This document shows, one piece after another, positions 54,782-64,000 of a DNA stretch of 64,000 nucleotides. The DNA is from Candidatus Hodarchaeota archaeon. Its GTDB lineage: Archaea; Asgardarchaeota; Heimdallarchaeia; Hodarchaeales; Hodarchaeaceae. Every line of letters starts with the position of its first letter. Position 1 is the first letter of the stretch. Location of the stretch: NCBI GenBank assembly GCA_029856365.1, contig JAHQWW010000007.1, positions 5,778 through 69,777 on the forward strand, in the 5' to 3' direction. The position numbers and the translations under genes were made by a program. The notes beneath the pieces were generated by a model. The model did no database searches. It was not told where the DNA came from and saw only the letters and a program-made list of their open reading frames with translations.

Positions 54782-56155
54782 TTGAATACTAATGCTGATT
54801 CAATAAGTTTTCAGACTATTATCGAGTCAGCAGCAATCATAATAACGTATTATGAAGAGAATCAAGTTTCCTTAAGAAGTGCTATGAAGATCATTCCAAC
54901 ATTTTTAGAGTCTGTTACTCCAGAAACTTATTCACAAATCCATGCTCTAGTATTTGAAACCGTAAGACATCAGAATGTTCTCAATCGGATTATTCATCTC
55001 AATTTTCAGAGATTTCTTGCAGATAAAATCCCGAAAAAACTACATAATCTTTTACGGGTTTTAACATATCTTTTGACTATGTCCTCGGATGTTGAGAACG
55101 ACCATCTCTTAGAAATAGCTCATTTAATCACTCTTAATTCAATTGATGACCCCAACTTGGTTCATTTACTTAGAAATTATGTTGAAGATTTGAGGAATTG
55201 GGATTTAAGTTCATTTATTAAAACAATTGATGACCCTGCAGAGAAACTAGCAGTTCAATTTTTCCATCCCACATGGTTAATTCGTGATTGGATTAATTAT
55301 TATGGTTTAGAAACGACTAAAAGAATTTTAGAATCGAATAATCTTATTAAACCAGTTTATTTACGACTTGATCTAATGAATCATGATAAGATGGATATTA
55401 TTGAACAATTGAGAGAGGAGGAAGTGGAAATCGAACAAGATAAACACCTTTTTGATGTTGTGAAAGTCTTATCATGGAAAATCCCTGTTCCTCGACTTCC
55501 TTCCTTCGTTAAAGGACTTTATTATATTCAGGATAAAGGATCAGCACTTATTTCTCATATATTAGATCCTCAGAATGGAGAGGTGGTATTAGATGCTTGT
55601 GCAGCCCCTGGTGGGAAAACTCTTCACATTGCAGCGTTACAACAGGATTCAGGAACCATTATTGCTCTAGATAACCATTTTCGAAGATTAACTGAAATGG
55701 TAACAAAGGTTAACACTTTTAAGATGAAAAGTATTTCACCAATTTTATATGATCTCCGATTGGGGCTGAAATTTCGAATAAAATTTGATAAAATCTTAGT
55801 AGATGCCCCCTGTTCTGGATCAGGTACCTTTGCATCCCGACCCGATGCTAAATGGCGTGTTGATCGTCACCAGACCAAATGGTTGAGTCAATTGCAATAT
55901 TCTCTACTATCGAACGCTTCTATCGTGCTTAGAAACACTCCAACTGCATCATTGGTTTATGCAACTTGTTCTCTTCATCCTATTGAAAATGAAGGAGTTG
56001 TAAAACAATTCCTAGAAAATCATCCAGACTTTGTACTACAACCTCAAAAGATCTTTATCGGAACATCTAGCCCAGAATTCCCGTTAGCGCAACGTCTCTT
56101 CCCGCACTTGACTCAAACGGAAGGTTTTTCCATATTTAAACTTGGATGGAATTAG
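54782..56155 (+). CDS. NOL1/NOP2/Sun-family RNA m5C methyltransferase
   Basis: LDACAAPGGKT (SAM motif I), DAPCSGSGT (motif IV Cys) and YATCS (motif VI Cys). TTG start is uncertain. Confidence 0.85.
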   Translation: MNTNADSISFQTIIESAAIIITYYEENQVSLRSAMKIIPTFLESVTPETYSQIHALVFETVRHQNVLNRIIHLNFQRFLADKIPKKLHNLLRVLTYLLTMSSDVENDHLLEIAHLITLNSIDDPNLVHLLRNYVEDLRNWDLSSFIKTIDDPAEKLAVQFFHPTWLIRDWINYYGLETTKRILESNNLIKPVYLRLDLMNHDKMDIIEQLREEEVEIEQDKHLFDVVKVLSWKIPVPRLPSFVKGLYYIQDKGSALISHILDPQNGEVVLDACAAPGGKTLHIAALQQDSGTIIALDNHFRRLTEMVTKVNTFKMKSISPILYDLRLGLKFRIKFDKILVDAPCSGSGTFASRPDAKWRVDRHQTKWLSQLQYSLLSNASIVLRNTPTASLVYATCSLHPIENEGVVKQFLENHPDFVLQPQKIFIGTSSPEFPLAQRLFPHLTQTEGFSIFKLGWN

Positions 56156-58701
56156 CCAAAGAATTCCATTAAATTTACTTGACCAGTAGAAACCTCGTCA
56201 ACATCTATATCCAGTGCTCCAAACAGCTGATCAAAAATGGAATCAACCATTGATTTGTACGCTTTCACATCAACCTTTGTTTTATCATTCATTAATTCAA
56301 TAGGAGTCACCCGATCACCTGTTCTCGTTTTAACAAAGCGAATTAATTGGCCTGCTTTGATAAAAGAACTCCGACGCTTCTTATCATCATAGTTATGTTG
56401 TTTTTGATAATATTTCTCCAGTTGATTTGCTGCTTTCACATGTTGTGCTTTCACTTTGTACCTACTTAACGGTTGTGTAAGTTGCATAGTGATCGCTAAA
56501 TCTTCTCCAGAGTAGAGTTGTTTTTCCAATTTATGATAGATATCTCTGACTAGTTCTTTCACCTCTTTTTTCGCATTTTTAAATTCCTCCTCTGTATTGA
56601 CTTGTGATAAAATTATCAAAACACTGTTGAATCCTTCCTGTAAAAATGGAGGAGTATTTCTTTTTTTTCCCATCAGTCCTTTAACATCGATGCTAGAGTC
56701 AGGATATACCCCAAAGTAATTCTTTTTGCGTTCTGAGAGAACAACATACCTGTAGAATTTTTCCATCTCCAACCTCACTCCCAAATTTTCTTGGCTCCAA
56801 GTAATAATCTCATCAATCTGTTCTTTATTGGGTTTATGTAGAAAAACAGAATCAGTGTCACCATAGAGAACCTGAATACCCAAACTCTGAGCTTTTTGTA
56901 TAGTTTTTTTAATTGCATCGCGGCCATATGCTGTTGTGGAGTCAGCGACAGGAAGACAGTACAATGGAAATCTGTCACTGCCTATGACCCCGTACGAAGC
57001 ATTAATTAGTACTTTTAGGCTTCTTTCCAAGATACGTAAAAAATTTTTATGAGGAGTGTCTTTTTTCGACTCGGGTTTGAGCCAGTAGACACGTACATCT
57101 TTAATAAAACCAATAATGTCAGCTACAATTCCACGGTTCTTCTGGCAAACCCAATAATTTGTTTGGGGTACAATATTGTTCTCGCATTCTTTATGAGAAC
57201 AGTAAATTGTTTCGTAACTCAGATTAAAAGTTCCAATGATAGAAGGATAAAGAGAAGCAAAGTCCATGACTGTAACATTGAAATGAACGCCTGGAACAGG
57301 ATCGATAACCAAGGCTCCCTTATATTTTTTTCCTTTTATTATAGCCTTCGAACTGGCGTGTGTTCCTTTTATTGAAAGATCTTCTTGATTTGGGATGAGG
57401 TATCCCCTACGACGATGTTCGTAATAAAAAAGACTTCTTACCCAGTTGGATACGCTAGTACGTACCAGATCATCAATCGGTATTCTAGAAATACGAGCTA
57501 AAATGAATATTAAGTTTAAAGGTGTTTTATTATCGAATAATAGAAGGTTTAAAGTAATTTTAGCATCTCGCACGCAATAAGAAATTAACTCCCACTCTGA
57601 TAATTCTGAAATCTCCTTTTTTAATGGGATTTTCCCAATTCCAAACAATGATCGGGTAATTGTGTCAAGAGTTTCCTCTCTATATCGATTTCCAAATGCA
57701 TAGCCTCGAATAGCAACATTATGATAAAATCGATACATGTCTAAATGTAGTGCCTGCTTAAAGTTACAACTTTTATTTCTACGATTCCATATGATAGGAC
57801 TATGAGTACCAATCTTTAGGTGTTTTGCACGTTCGTGAAGATACGGGAAATCAAAGTTGTCTCCATTAAAAGTAACAACAACTGAATATTTTCTTAGAAT
57901 CTCAAAAGCTTGTTTTAGAAGGGATGATTCATTAGTGAATCTTTGAATTTGAACATGAAGGGGCAGCTCTTTAGGTTTATTACCCTTATCTATGCCCTTA
58001 CGCTCCAGAACCAAAGCAATTTCGTTGCCATCACTATCAGCGAAACAAATACAAATTATTCGAAATTTTGGGTCTGCAGCTTGAGGAATCTGTCCCTTTT
58101 TATACTCTGTTTCGATATCACAAGCCACTATAGGCATTTCTGGAATTTCTTGTGTAAAATCATCCTGAAAAACCTCGCTTAATCCCTCATATTTGGCTAA
58201 ATGCTCGATAATGCTTTGTGGAATGTCCAATCCAGAACTCATACTTTGAGATCGAATAAATCTTTTATGATCAGAATCCCACCAATAACGCCTTCCAGGT
58301 ATAATTTGGACATCATAAATCCAATTTTGATGGTATTTAATCCTAGACTCCCATGTTTCTCCAACAATATCTCTTACCTTAGGAACTTCACTGGGGGTGG
58401 GAGTCACAATTCGTGTGAGTTCTTCATCTGTCTCATTCAGGATGTCTCTTTTTCTAATAGTGTCGATCCTCTTTACTGTTCCACGTGGAAACTCAATTTC
58501 TTGTATTTTCTGAAGTGGTTCTCGACTAAAGCAATATGGTTCATGATCATAGGTATCAGTAATATATATCACTTTTTTCTTTTCTACGTCATATAATTTG
58601 ATTCCAGCGCCATTTGTTTTCGCATCATACACAGTACTTAAAACAAAATAATCTTTGCCTGCTCCCAGTGCCTCCTTCCAGTACACTGAATTTGGCTTCA
58701 T
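56152..58701 (-). CDS. polB: Family B DNA polymerase
   Basis: Exo I VACDIETE, Exo II FNGDNFDFPYL, Exo III YCVRDAKIT, Pol A DFASLYPSII, Pol B KVLINASYG, Pol C YGDTDSVF. Confidence 0.92.
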   Translation of the reverse strand: MKPNSVYWKEALGAGKDYFVLSTVYDAKTNGAGIKLYDVEKKKVIYITDTYDHEPYCFSREPLQKIQEIEFPRGTVKRIDTIRKRDILNETDEELTRIVTPTPSEVPKVRDIVGETWESRIKYHQNWIYDVQIIPGRRYWWDSDHKRFIRSQSMSSGLDIPQSIIEHLAKYEGLSEVFQDDFTQEIPEMPIVACDIETEYKKGQIPQAADPKFRIICICFADSDGNEIALVLERKGIDKGNKPKELPLHVQIQRFTNESSLLKQAFEILRKYSVVVTFNGDNFDFPYLHERAKHLKIGTHSPIIWNRRNKSCNFKQALHLDMYRFYHNVAIRGYAFGNRYREETLDTITRSLFGIGKIPLKKEISELSEWELISYCVRDAKITLNLLLFDNKTPLNLIFILARISRIPIDDLVRTSVSNWVRSLFYYEHRRRGYLIPNQEDLSIKGTHASSKAIIKGKKYKGALVIDPVPGVHFNVTVMDFASLYPSIIGTFNLSYETIYCSHKECENNIVPQTNYWVCQKNRGIVADIIGFIKDVRVYWLKPESKKDTPHKNFLRILERSLKVLINASYGVIGSDRFPLYCLPVADSTTAYGRDAIKKTIQKAQSLGIQVLYGDTDSVFLHKPNKEQIDEIITWSQENLGVRLEMEKFYRYVVLSERKKNYFGVYPDSSIDVKGLMGKKRNTPPFLQEGFNSVLIILSQVNTEEEFKNAKKEVKELVRDIYHKLEKQLYSGEDLAITMQLTQPLSRYKVKAQHVKAANQLEKYYQKQHNYDDKKRRSSFIKAGQLIRFVKTRTGDRVTPIELMNDKTKVDVKAYKSMVDSIFDQLFGALDIDVDEVSTGQVNLMEFFG

Positions 58702-58849
58702 TTCTTAGATCTCTATGGATTGAATAAGATACGAAAATTGAATAAATGATAAAAAGGTTTCATGTATAATATAGTTAAAGTCATATAATAATAACCCGAA
58801 AGTACAGATGTTTAATGGATTCAATAAGTATTCTTCACATGTGATTTAA

Positions 58850-59197
58850 ATGGCAACTATTGAAGCAATAAATAATAATGCTAAAAAAATTGAAACCCTA
58901 ACAAAAGTGGCGAGGTTACTTGGAGATCAAATTAAAGAACAAAATCAAAAAATAGACAATCTTCAGGAAGAGATTATCAAATTAAAAGAACAAATAAAGC
59001 AATCATCCAGTCCGAGAACATCCGTAATTCCAGACAAAAAAGCTGATGTAGTTGCTTCTTCTGCCCCACAACAACCGCTTTTACAAAAGCCAGAAGCAAT
59101 TGAATTGATAAAGGAAAAACCAACGAGTATTCTTGTAGCAACGGACTCCGATAAACAGGAATTGTTACGAGCCTTAAAGGTAATAGATGATTTATAA
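58850..59197 (+). CDS. Small coiled-coil protein, unknown function
   Basis: 115-aa ORF with an N-terminal heptad region and a Pro/Ser linker. Confidence 0.4.
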   Translation: MATIEAINNNAKKIETLTKVARLLGDQIKEQNQKIDNLQEEIIKLKEQIKQSSSPRTSVIPDKKADVVASSAPQQPLLQKPEAIELIKEKPTSILVATDSDKQELLRALKVIDDL

Positions 59198-59222
59198 GAT
59201 TTATAAGGAGATGAGTAATTAA

Positions 59223-60905
59223 TTAATTTAAAACATTTCGAACCAATTGTCGAATTTTTAATGGTACTAAGCTTTTGTTACCTAAAAGAGTCGTGATATA
59301 ACTGCCAATAAGATCTGATTGTTGCCATTGATCTATCTGATAGAGTTCTTCTCCCTCTGGTGAAATTTCAACTTTCAATATATTCCGATCCACATAATCA
59401 TTTAAGCGTCTTTGAAGATCTATACGCTTTTCTGCGGGTATTCCTAAGATGTCATGTATCTGTTCTTTTGTTAAAGCTTGATTTGATCCTAAAATGAACA
59501 AAATCCAATTGTCTGGATGAGCTAGAAATGTTTTAACTAGCTGACGAATATCTATATCGATATCTATAGAGGGTTGACCCTCTGATTTCATAGTAATTTC
59601 TTGAGTAACTTTATAGCTTAATTCCTTACTAGGAGGAGATGGGATTTGACTAATCATTGCCAATCGTTCTTTCAATAGATCAACATCATGGCGTAATTGA
59701 GTAAAATCATCAGTCATGAGGGATTCTGATGTATTTTCATAAAGTAGAGACTCTCCAGGAGTTATCGCGCCACTTTCCCTAAGTATTCGTTTAAGTTCTT
59801 CATTCTCGTTCTTTGTTTGACCTAAAATCCGTTCAAACTCTACTAATTTCTCAGTCAAATCTTCTGCAAGTCGTTCGTCCATTCCACGAGACCAGGTGAG
59901 CTTTTCATTAATTCTTTGAGTCGCTCCTCTAAGATTGCCCTCCAAATCATCTTTAATGTTTTCTAGTTCTTTGATCCGAGCCTCTTGATTGTGAATTTTC
60001 CTTTTTAAACGTGAGACGAGAGAAGGAGTGCTTAAGATCACTTCATTATCAGCTATGTTTGGAATACGATATACTGGAATGAAATTGTTGTTGTCAATAA
60101 TTGATCCTGTTTCATACTGTACTCCTATTTTATCAAGAAGTTTGACAAGTTCTCGAGTTTCATCATTATAACGAAACATGAAAAGGTCCTCTCGGTCACC
60201 TGTATAGCGATAGATTCTCGAAAACTGAAGCCATATCGTCACAAAATCTAATATATCCTGTTCATTCGTACATTTGGCAACAGAACGAATGATTTGGGGA
60301 ACACTAGCTTTATATTCCCCTGTGAATGCTTTAACTAATGCTGAACAAATCTGTACAGGAATCTTGATATAGTATCCTCGTAGATTTTGAGGAATTTCTC
60401 CTTCTGAACATAAACGGACATCAAATATTGAATCAAAGGTTTCAATAAGACTTTCTACCTTATCCCTCTGATCTGTCTGATACGTTCCAGTAGTAAATAC
60501 GTTTTTGGATAAAGTAAATAATGCCAATAATTTTGCCAGAGAATTATTACTAGTTCTTATTGGGAGCTTTATAGGAAGCTGATTCTTTTTATTTCCAATT
60601 GTCGTTACAGTAAAAGAAGTCATGAATAACTCGCGCTGATTTTCAGCCAAAAGACGTATTGTCGAAAGAGGAATAGACATCTCTGGATTTGAACGATAAC
60701 GAGACCATTGTGCACGACTAACAACAGGTTCTAGGCTTTTTAAAACCACTCCCTTTTGAAAAATGAATCTACGACCTCGTGGAGTTAAATTCACTCTTGA
60801 ATCATCAGGAAAATCGGTTAACGTTAACCATTCTTCTATTTCATAGTCCATATCTAGTCTAGATCGTTCTTTCTGAATAGATTCGTGCAAATCCGCCTTT
60901 TCCAT
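59223..60905 (-). CDS. Large uncharacterised protein: N-terminal alpha/beta domain (possibly degenerate LAGLIDADG-like), central coiled coil, C-terminal winged-helix-like domain
   Basis: 560-aa ORF. Helices LAKLLALFTLSKNVFTTG and ILDFVTIWLQFSRIYRYTG are about 100 aa apart, followed by RELVKLLDKIGVQYE. The C-terminus reads LTKEQIHDILGIPAEKRIDLQRRLNDYVDRNIL. Confidence 0.4.
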   Translation of the reverse strand: MEKADLHESIQKERSRLDMDYEIEEWLTLTDFPDDSRVNLTPRGRRFIFQKGVVLKSLEPVVSRAQWSRYRSNPEMSIPLSTIRLLAENQRELFMTSFTVTTIGNKKNQLPIKLPIRTSNNSLAKLLALFTLSKNVFTTGTYQTDQRDKVESLIETFDSIFDVRLCSEGEIPQNLRGYYIKIPVQICSALVKAFTGEYKASVPQIIRSVAKCTNEQDILDFVTIWLQFSRIYRYTGDREDLFMFRYNDETRELVKLLDKIGVQYETGSIIDNNNFIPVYRIPNIADNEVILSTPSLVSRLKRKIHNQEARIKELENIKDDLEGNLRGATQRINEKLTWSRGMDERLAEDLTEKLVEFERILGQTKNENEELKRILRESGAITPGESLLYENTSESLMTDDFTQLRHDVDLLKERLAMISQIPSPPSKELSYKVTQEITMKSEGQPSIDIDIDIRQLVKTFLAHPDNWILFILGSNQALTKEQIHDILGIPAEKRIDLQRRLNDYVDRNILKVEISPEGEELYQIDQWQQSDLIGSYITTLLGNKSLVPLKIRQLVRNVLN

Positions 60906-61164
60906 GGCGTAAACTCCATATTATTATTTCATGTTTATGATGACAAAGTTAAATTTATTCTACCTCAAGCAAATAAATTTCTACTTATATATTCCCCTTA
61001 TCCATTCATGAATCTTTCTCTTTGACTGAAGTAATTTTCTTTTGGAGAATGCCCTAAAAAGGATATATAACCATTTTATCTAAACATTCGGAGTTTTTTG
61101 GTACAAAGTTCTACCATAATCATTCAATCAGCAGTTAGAGGAGTTATGATTAGAACTTAAAACT

Positions 61165-62055
61165 TCATTCGTTAATTGTTGAAGAATCCCCTGCTGAAGA
61201 TTCAAGATGTTTTCTTTTCAAATAAGGCATTAACATAAATTGGTAAAATAAGTAAGCACAACCTAGAATGACCACAATAATAATGAGTAATACATTAAAT
61301 TGAGTCGATCCAGCATCAATAAAGGCTTGCATTGCAATTGGATCATCTATAATATCTTCCACGCTACCATCACCCTGAATCAATAGAGATCCTAACCATG
61401 CATAAAACACACACCGAATAATTGAGCCAATTAAAGTAGCAATACAGTATGATCTGAACTCAATTTTAAGAAATCCTGAAGCATAGGAAATGGGATCAAA
61501 GGCCATAAAAGGAAATGCTCTTGCTACAAGAATAGCTACTGCTCCATATTTTCCAATGTAAAAATCGAGAACAGCAAGATTTTCTTGGCCAAGAAATCTT
61601 TCCATCATTGGTCTTCCTCCAAGAACAGCAATATAATAGGTTAAAATTCCAGCTGCCATTGAGCCAACAATCCCAAGGATTGTACCCCCTATTAGGCCCC
61701 AGATGAGACCTGAAGATAAAAGAACAAGTTCCGATGGAATAGGTACTAATATACCTTGAATACCCATGAATAAAATAAAGATTAACCAACCCCATTCTTT
61801 TAAATCAATTATAGGTACAATAAACCAATGAATAACCATTGAGAATAACCAAGTGTCATCTTGATATTGAAGTATCAAGATTATAACACTAATAATGAGG
61901 ATAATTATGAAGAGAGTCATCCAAACCCAAGTAGATCTACTATGACCACTAAAAGTTCGCTTAATAGCTTCAAGTAACCAATTTAACAGTTTTCTTGCAA
62001 GACTGTAAGTCCTTGTTTTTTCTCCCTCGGATATATTTGATTCATTACGATCCAT
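61165..62055 (-). CDS. DedA/VTT-domain (SNARE-associated, TVP38/TMEM64-like) membrane protein
   Basis: PSELVLLSSGLIWG...YYIAVLGGRPMMERFLG...GAVAILVARAFPFMAFDPISYASG. Confidence 0.7.
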   Translation of the reverse strand: MDRNESNISEGEKTRTYSLARKLLNWLLEAIKRTFSGHSRSTWVWMTLFIIILIISVIILILQYQDDTWLFSMVIHWFIVPIIDLKEWGWLIFILFMGIQGILVPIPSELVLLSSGLIWGLIGGTILGIVGSMAAGILTYYIAVLGGRPMMERFLGQENLAVLDFYIGKYGAVAILVARAFPFMAFDPISYASGFLKIEFRSYCIATLIGSIIRCVFYAWLGSLLIQGDGSVEDIIDDPIAMQAFIDAGSTQFNVLLIIIVVILGCAYLFYQFMLMPYLKRKHLESSAGDSSTINE

Positions 62056-62126
62056 ATCCTAGACATTTCCTATTGAAAATAGATGATCATCGGCTTTATA
62101 ATGAGCTTTTATGAAAAAATAGTGGA

Positions 62127-62507
62127 TTATGCTATCAAAACTGCATCAACGGTTCCATTTTGTCCAGGGCGACTTGTTACCCTCGCATTCCCCTTTTTTG
62201 TTCGAATTATTGCTCCTTTTGTAATAATCTTTCTCCGCGCGAAATCCCTGTTTGCTAGATTCTCAAGTACATCTTCAATTTCTACTTTTTCTGTAGTTCG
62301 CTTCTTTATGGAGGATATATTGGCATATTGACAGCTTAACAATCTAATTTTTCGATTCCCTCCTCGAGTTCGTACAATTTTTTTTCGTTTTTCACCAAGC
62401 ATTGTATGTGCGGCTGGTCGTGCTAAATCTCGTTTCTTCTTTTTAATAGCAACATGATATCGGCCGCCACTAGGTTTCCGTACAGATCTCTTCTGTGATC
62501 TTGCCAA
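62127..62507 (-). CDS. rps8e: Ribosomal protein eS8 (S8e)
   Basis: [18 protein letters not shown]...[15 protein letters not shown] start with a GAGGAG SD. Confidence 0.9.
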   Translation of the reverse strand: MARSQKRSVRKPSGGRYHVAIKKKKRDLARPAAHTMLGEKRKKIVRTRGGNRKIRLLSCQYANISSIKKRTTEKVEIEDVLENLANRDFARRKIITKGAIIRTKKGNARVTSRPGQNGTVDAVLIA

Positions 62508-62555
62508 CGAATAGCTCTCCTCAAATGTTATGCCAATAAATTTTGATTTTAAATA

Positions 62556-62870
62556 TCAGCTTCTATTTCTCTTTTGTTTTCTAACTCTTTTCTTTTTCTT
62601 CTTTTTTTCTCGTTGAGATCGTTCCTCTGTGAAAATATTGTCATCATACTGAACCATGTTAAACGAGCTTGGGGAGGCTGAAATTACAATCCATGGATTT
62701 CGGGTTGATCCAATAACCTCGATAACCTCTCCGATTGCCTTAAAGTGTCCATTTCTTCTTATTTTTGCACGGGATCCGATTTTAGGAAGATTTTTAACTG
62801 TTAATTTCACAATTATCTTTCCTTGAACTTTTTTTGAACATTTTCCTACTTTAATCGGTGTTTGTGTCAC
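62556..62870 (-). CDS. gar1: H/ACA RNP protein Gar1 with Lys-rich C-terminal tail
   Basis: Beta-barrel core KNLPKIGSRAKIRRNGHFKAIGEVIEVIGSTRNPWIVI and tail EKKKKKKRVRKQKRNRS. GTG start. Confidence 0.7.
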   Translation of the reverse strand: MTQTPIKVGKCSKKVQGKIIVKLTVKNLPKIGSRAKIRRNGHFKAIGEVIEVIGSTRNPWIVISASPSSFNMVQYDDNIFTEERSQREKKKKKKRVRKQKRNRS

Positions 62871-63019
62871 AAATAAACCCGTTTTATTTTGATTTGTTTT
62901 CTGATTAATCCTTTTTTCATAAAAATTAACAATTGGGAATACAATTATGTCTAGATTTAAATTTTAGTACATGATCTAGAATCCCTACATCATGAATAAA
63001 AAGTCAGAGTTGTAAAAAT

Positions 63020-64000
63020 ATGGCTGTTTATGATGTTCTTATTGTAGGAGGGGGTCCTACAGGGTTATCAGCAGCAACCACAACAGCCAAACAGGGCTTA
63101 TCTACGATTTTAATTGAAGAACACACCAAAATAGGCCAACCACTAGCATGTGGAGAGGGAATATCAGCTGATAAACTCTTCTCGCTAGAAAATATGCCGA
63201 AAATAAATTCTCAAACTAATGATCAGATTTTACGTCTCCAGCAACATGAATCTTTTATTGAAAGAGTAGTTAATACTCAACGCTTCTTTTTTGGATCGAA
63301 AGGAGTCGCCACAGCAAACATAAAAACTATTACCATTAATCGTCCTCTATTCGATCAAATTATGGCTAAACAAGCTCATAATGCAGGAGTAGAACTACTT
63401 TTAGGAACTCAAGTAATTGCAATCAACCCGAAGAACGGGAGATTAGAGATTAAAACTACAAATGGAAGTTACGAGGCAAATATTGCCATCGGATGTGACG
63501 GGCCGTCTGCTCACACTGTTCGTATGATGGGACTGCAGCCTCCGACGGAATATGTTCAAGGTGTGGAATATAAGATTCAAGGAGTCCACACAGATGCTTT
63601 AGATTTTTATTTTGATTTCAATCATTTTAAAAAAATGCATTATGGCTGGTCTTTCCCAAAAAAGAAACATACAAATGTGGGGGTTGTAGTTGAACCAGCG
63701 TCTAAACCAATGAAAATCTTGAATCAATTCATCAAACATTTAAGGTACATGGACATTAAAGATGAAGAGATAATCCAAAAGATTGCTGGAATCATACCTG
63801 CTAGTGGCCCCATTCCCAAGAGATACAGTAATAATTATATGGTTGCAGGAGATGCGGCAGGTTTGACGAACTCTATTTTCTATGGAGGGATTTCGATAGG
63901 AATTCACTCGGGTATGCTTGCTGGACAAACTGCAGTCGAAGCTCATGAAATTGGTAAATTTGATGAACAACAAATGAGTGAATATCAAAAGAACTCTCAA
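63020..64000 (+). CDS. Geranylgeranyl reductase-family FAD-dependent oxidoreductase (3' end outside the window)
   Basis: Hand translation is open to the window end: MAVYDVLIVGGGPTGLSAATTTAKQG (FAD dinucleotide motif), GCDGPSAH and MVAGDAAGL. Confidence 0.8.
   Translation, partial: MAVYDVLIVGGGPTGLSAATTTAKQGLSTILIEEHTKIGQPLACGEGISADKLFSLENMPKINSQTNDQILRLQQHESFIERVVNTQRFFFGSKGVATANIKTITINRPLFDQIMAKQAHNAGVELLLGTQVIAINPKNGRLEIKTTNGSYEANIAIGCDGPSAHTVRMMGLQPPTEYVQGVEYKIQGVHTDALDFYFDFNHFKKMHYGWSFPKKKHTNVGVVVEPASKPMKILNQFIKHLRYMDIKDEEIIQKIAGIIPASGPIPKRYSNNYMVAGDAAGLTNSIFYGGISIGIHSGMLAGQTAVEAHEIGKFDEQQMSEYQKNSQ

Noticed and set aside
59540-59575. Short tandem ATATCGATATCTATA-type repetition, considered as a microsatellite or CRISPR-like repeat.
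   Set aside because: It lies inside a CDS and simply encodes SIDIDIDI. It is far too short for a CRISPR array, has no spacers, and no cas genes are present.
62556-62600. Poly-lysine tail of Gar1, considered as an analogue of the eukaryotic GAR domain or as a frameshift-prone A/T run.
   Set aside because: The reading frame is continuous and the tail is short. Basic tails are common on RNA-binding proteins, and there is no evidence of recoding.

Overview
This is an AT-rich archaeal chromosomal segment, roughly one-third G+C by eye (not computed). It is densely coded on both strands. I saw no rRNA, CRISPR array, transposase or prophage signal.

The core genes are archaeal informational genes: PolD large subunit DP2, family-B DNA polymerase, a GINS subunit, aIF2 alpha and beta, GatD/GatE, ThrRS, ribosomal proteins eL15, eS8 and eS27, RNase P Rpp30 and Pop5, Nop10, Gar1, NMD3, Cgi121, an NFACT/Rqc2 homologue and A/V-ATPase subunit B.

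Interleaved with these is an unusually dense set of eukaryote-signature genes:
- A complete ubiquitin cascade: JAMM deubiquitinase, E2, E1, and a Ub-like protein ending in GG-stop.
- A Zn-ribbon plus RWD/UEV-like protein.
- An EAP30/Vps22-like ESCRT-II protein co-transcribed with an SPFH protein.
- Two tandem Arf-like GTPases.
- An MglA-like GTPase flanked by two Roadblock/LC7 genes.

By inference the source is an Asgard (Loki-like) archaeon.

The most interesting region is about 32.2-42.3 kb. There the ubiquitin and ESCRT-II genes sit among several uncharacterised proteins, including a multi-winged-helix protein with a C4C4 RING-like finger, which is a candidate E3.

Other notable items:
- gatD is interrupted by one in-frame TAA.
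- A tRNA-Thr(GGU) carries two introns.
- A textbook-spaced C/D box sRNA candidate overlaps the 3' end of the Pop5 gene.
- atpB is orphaned from the rest of the ATPase operon.
- A type IV pilus-like locus runs directly into the PolD gene.
- A 0.9-kb region is gene-poor.

Functions were assigned by reading motifs in the supplied translations. No database searches were run.
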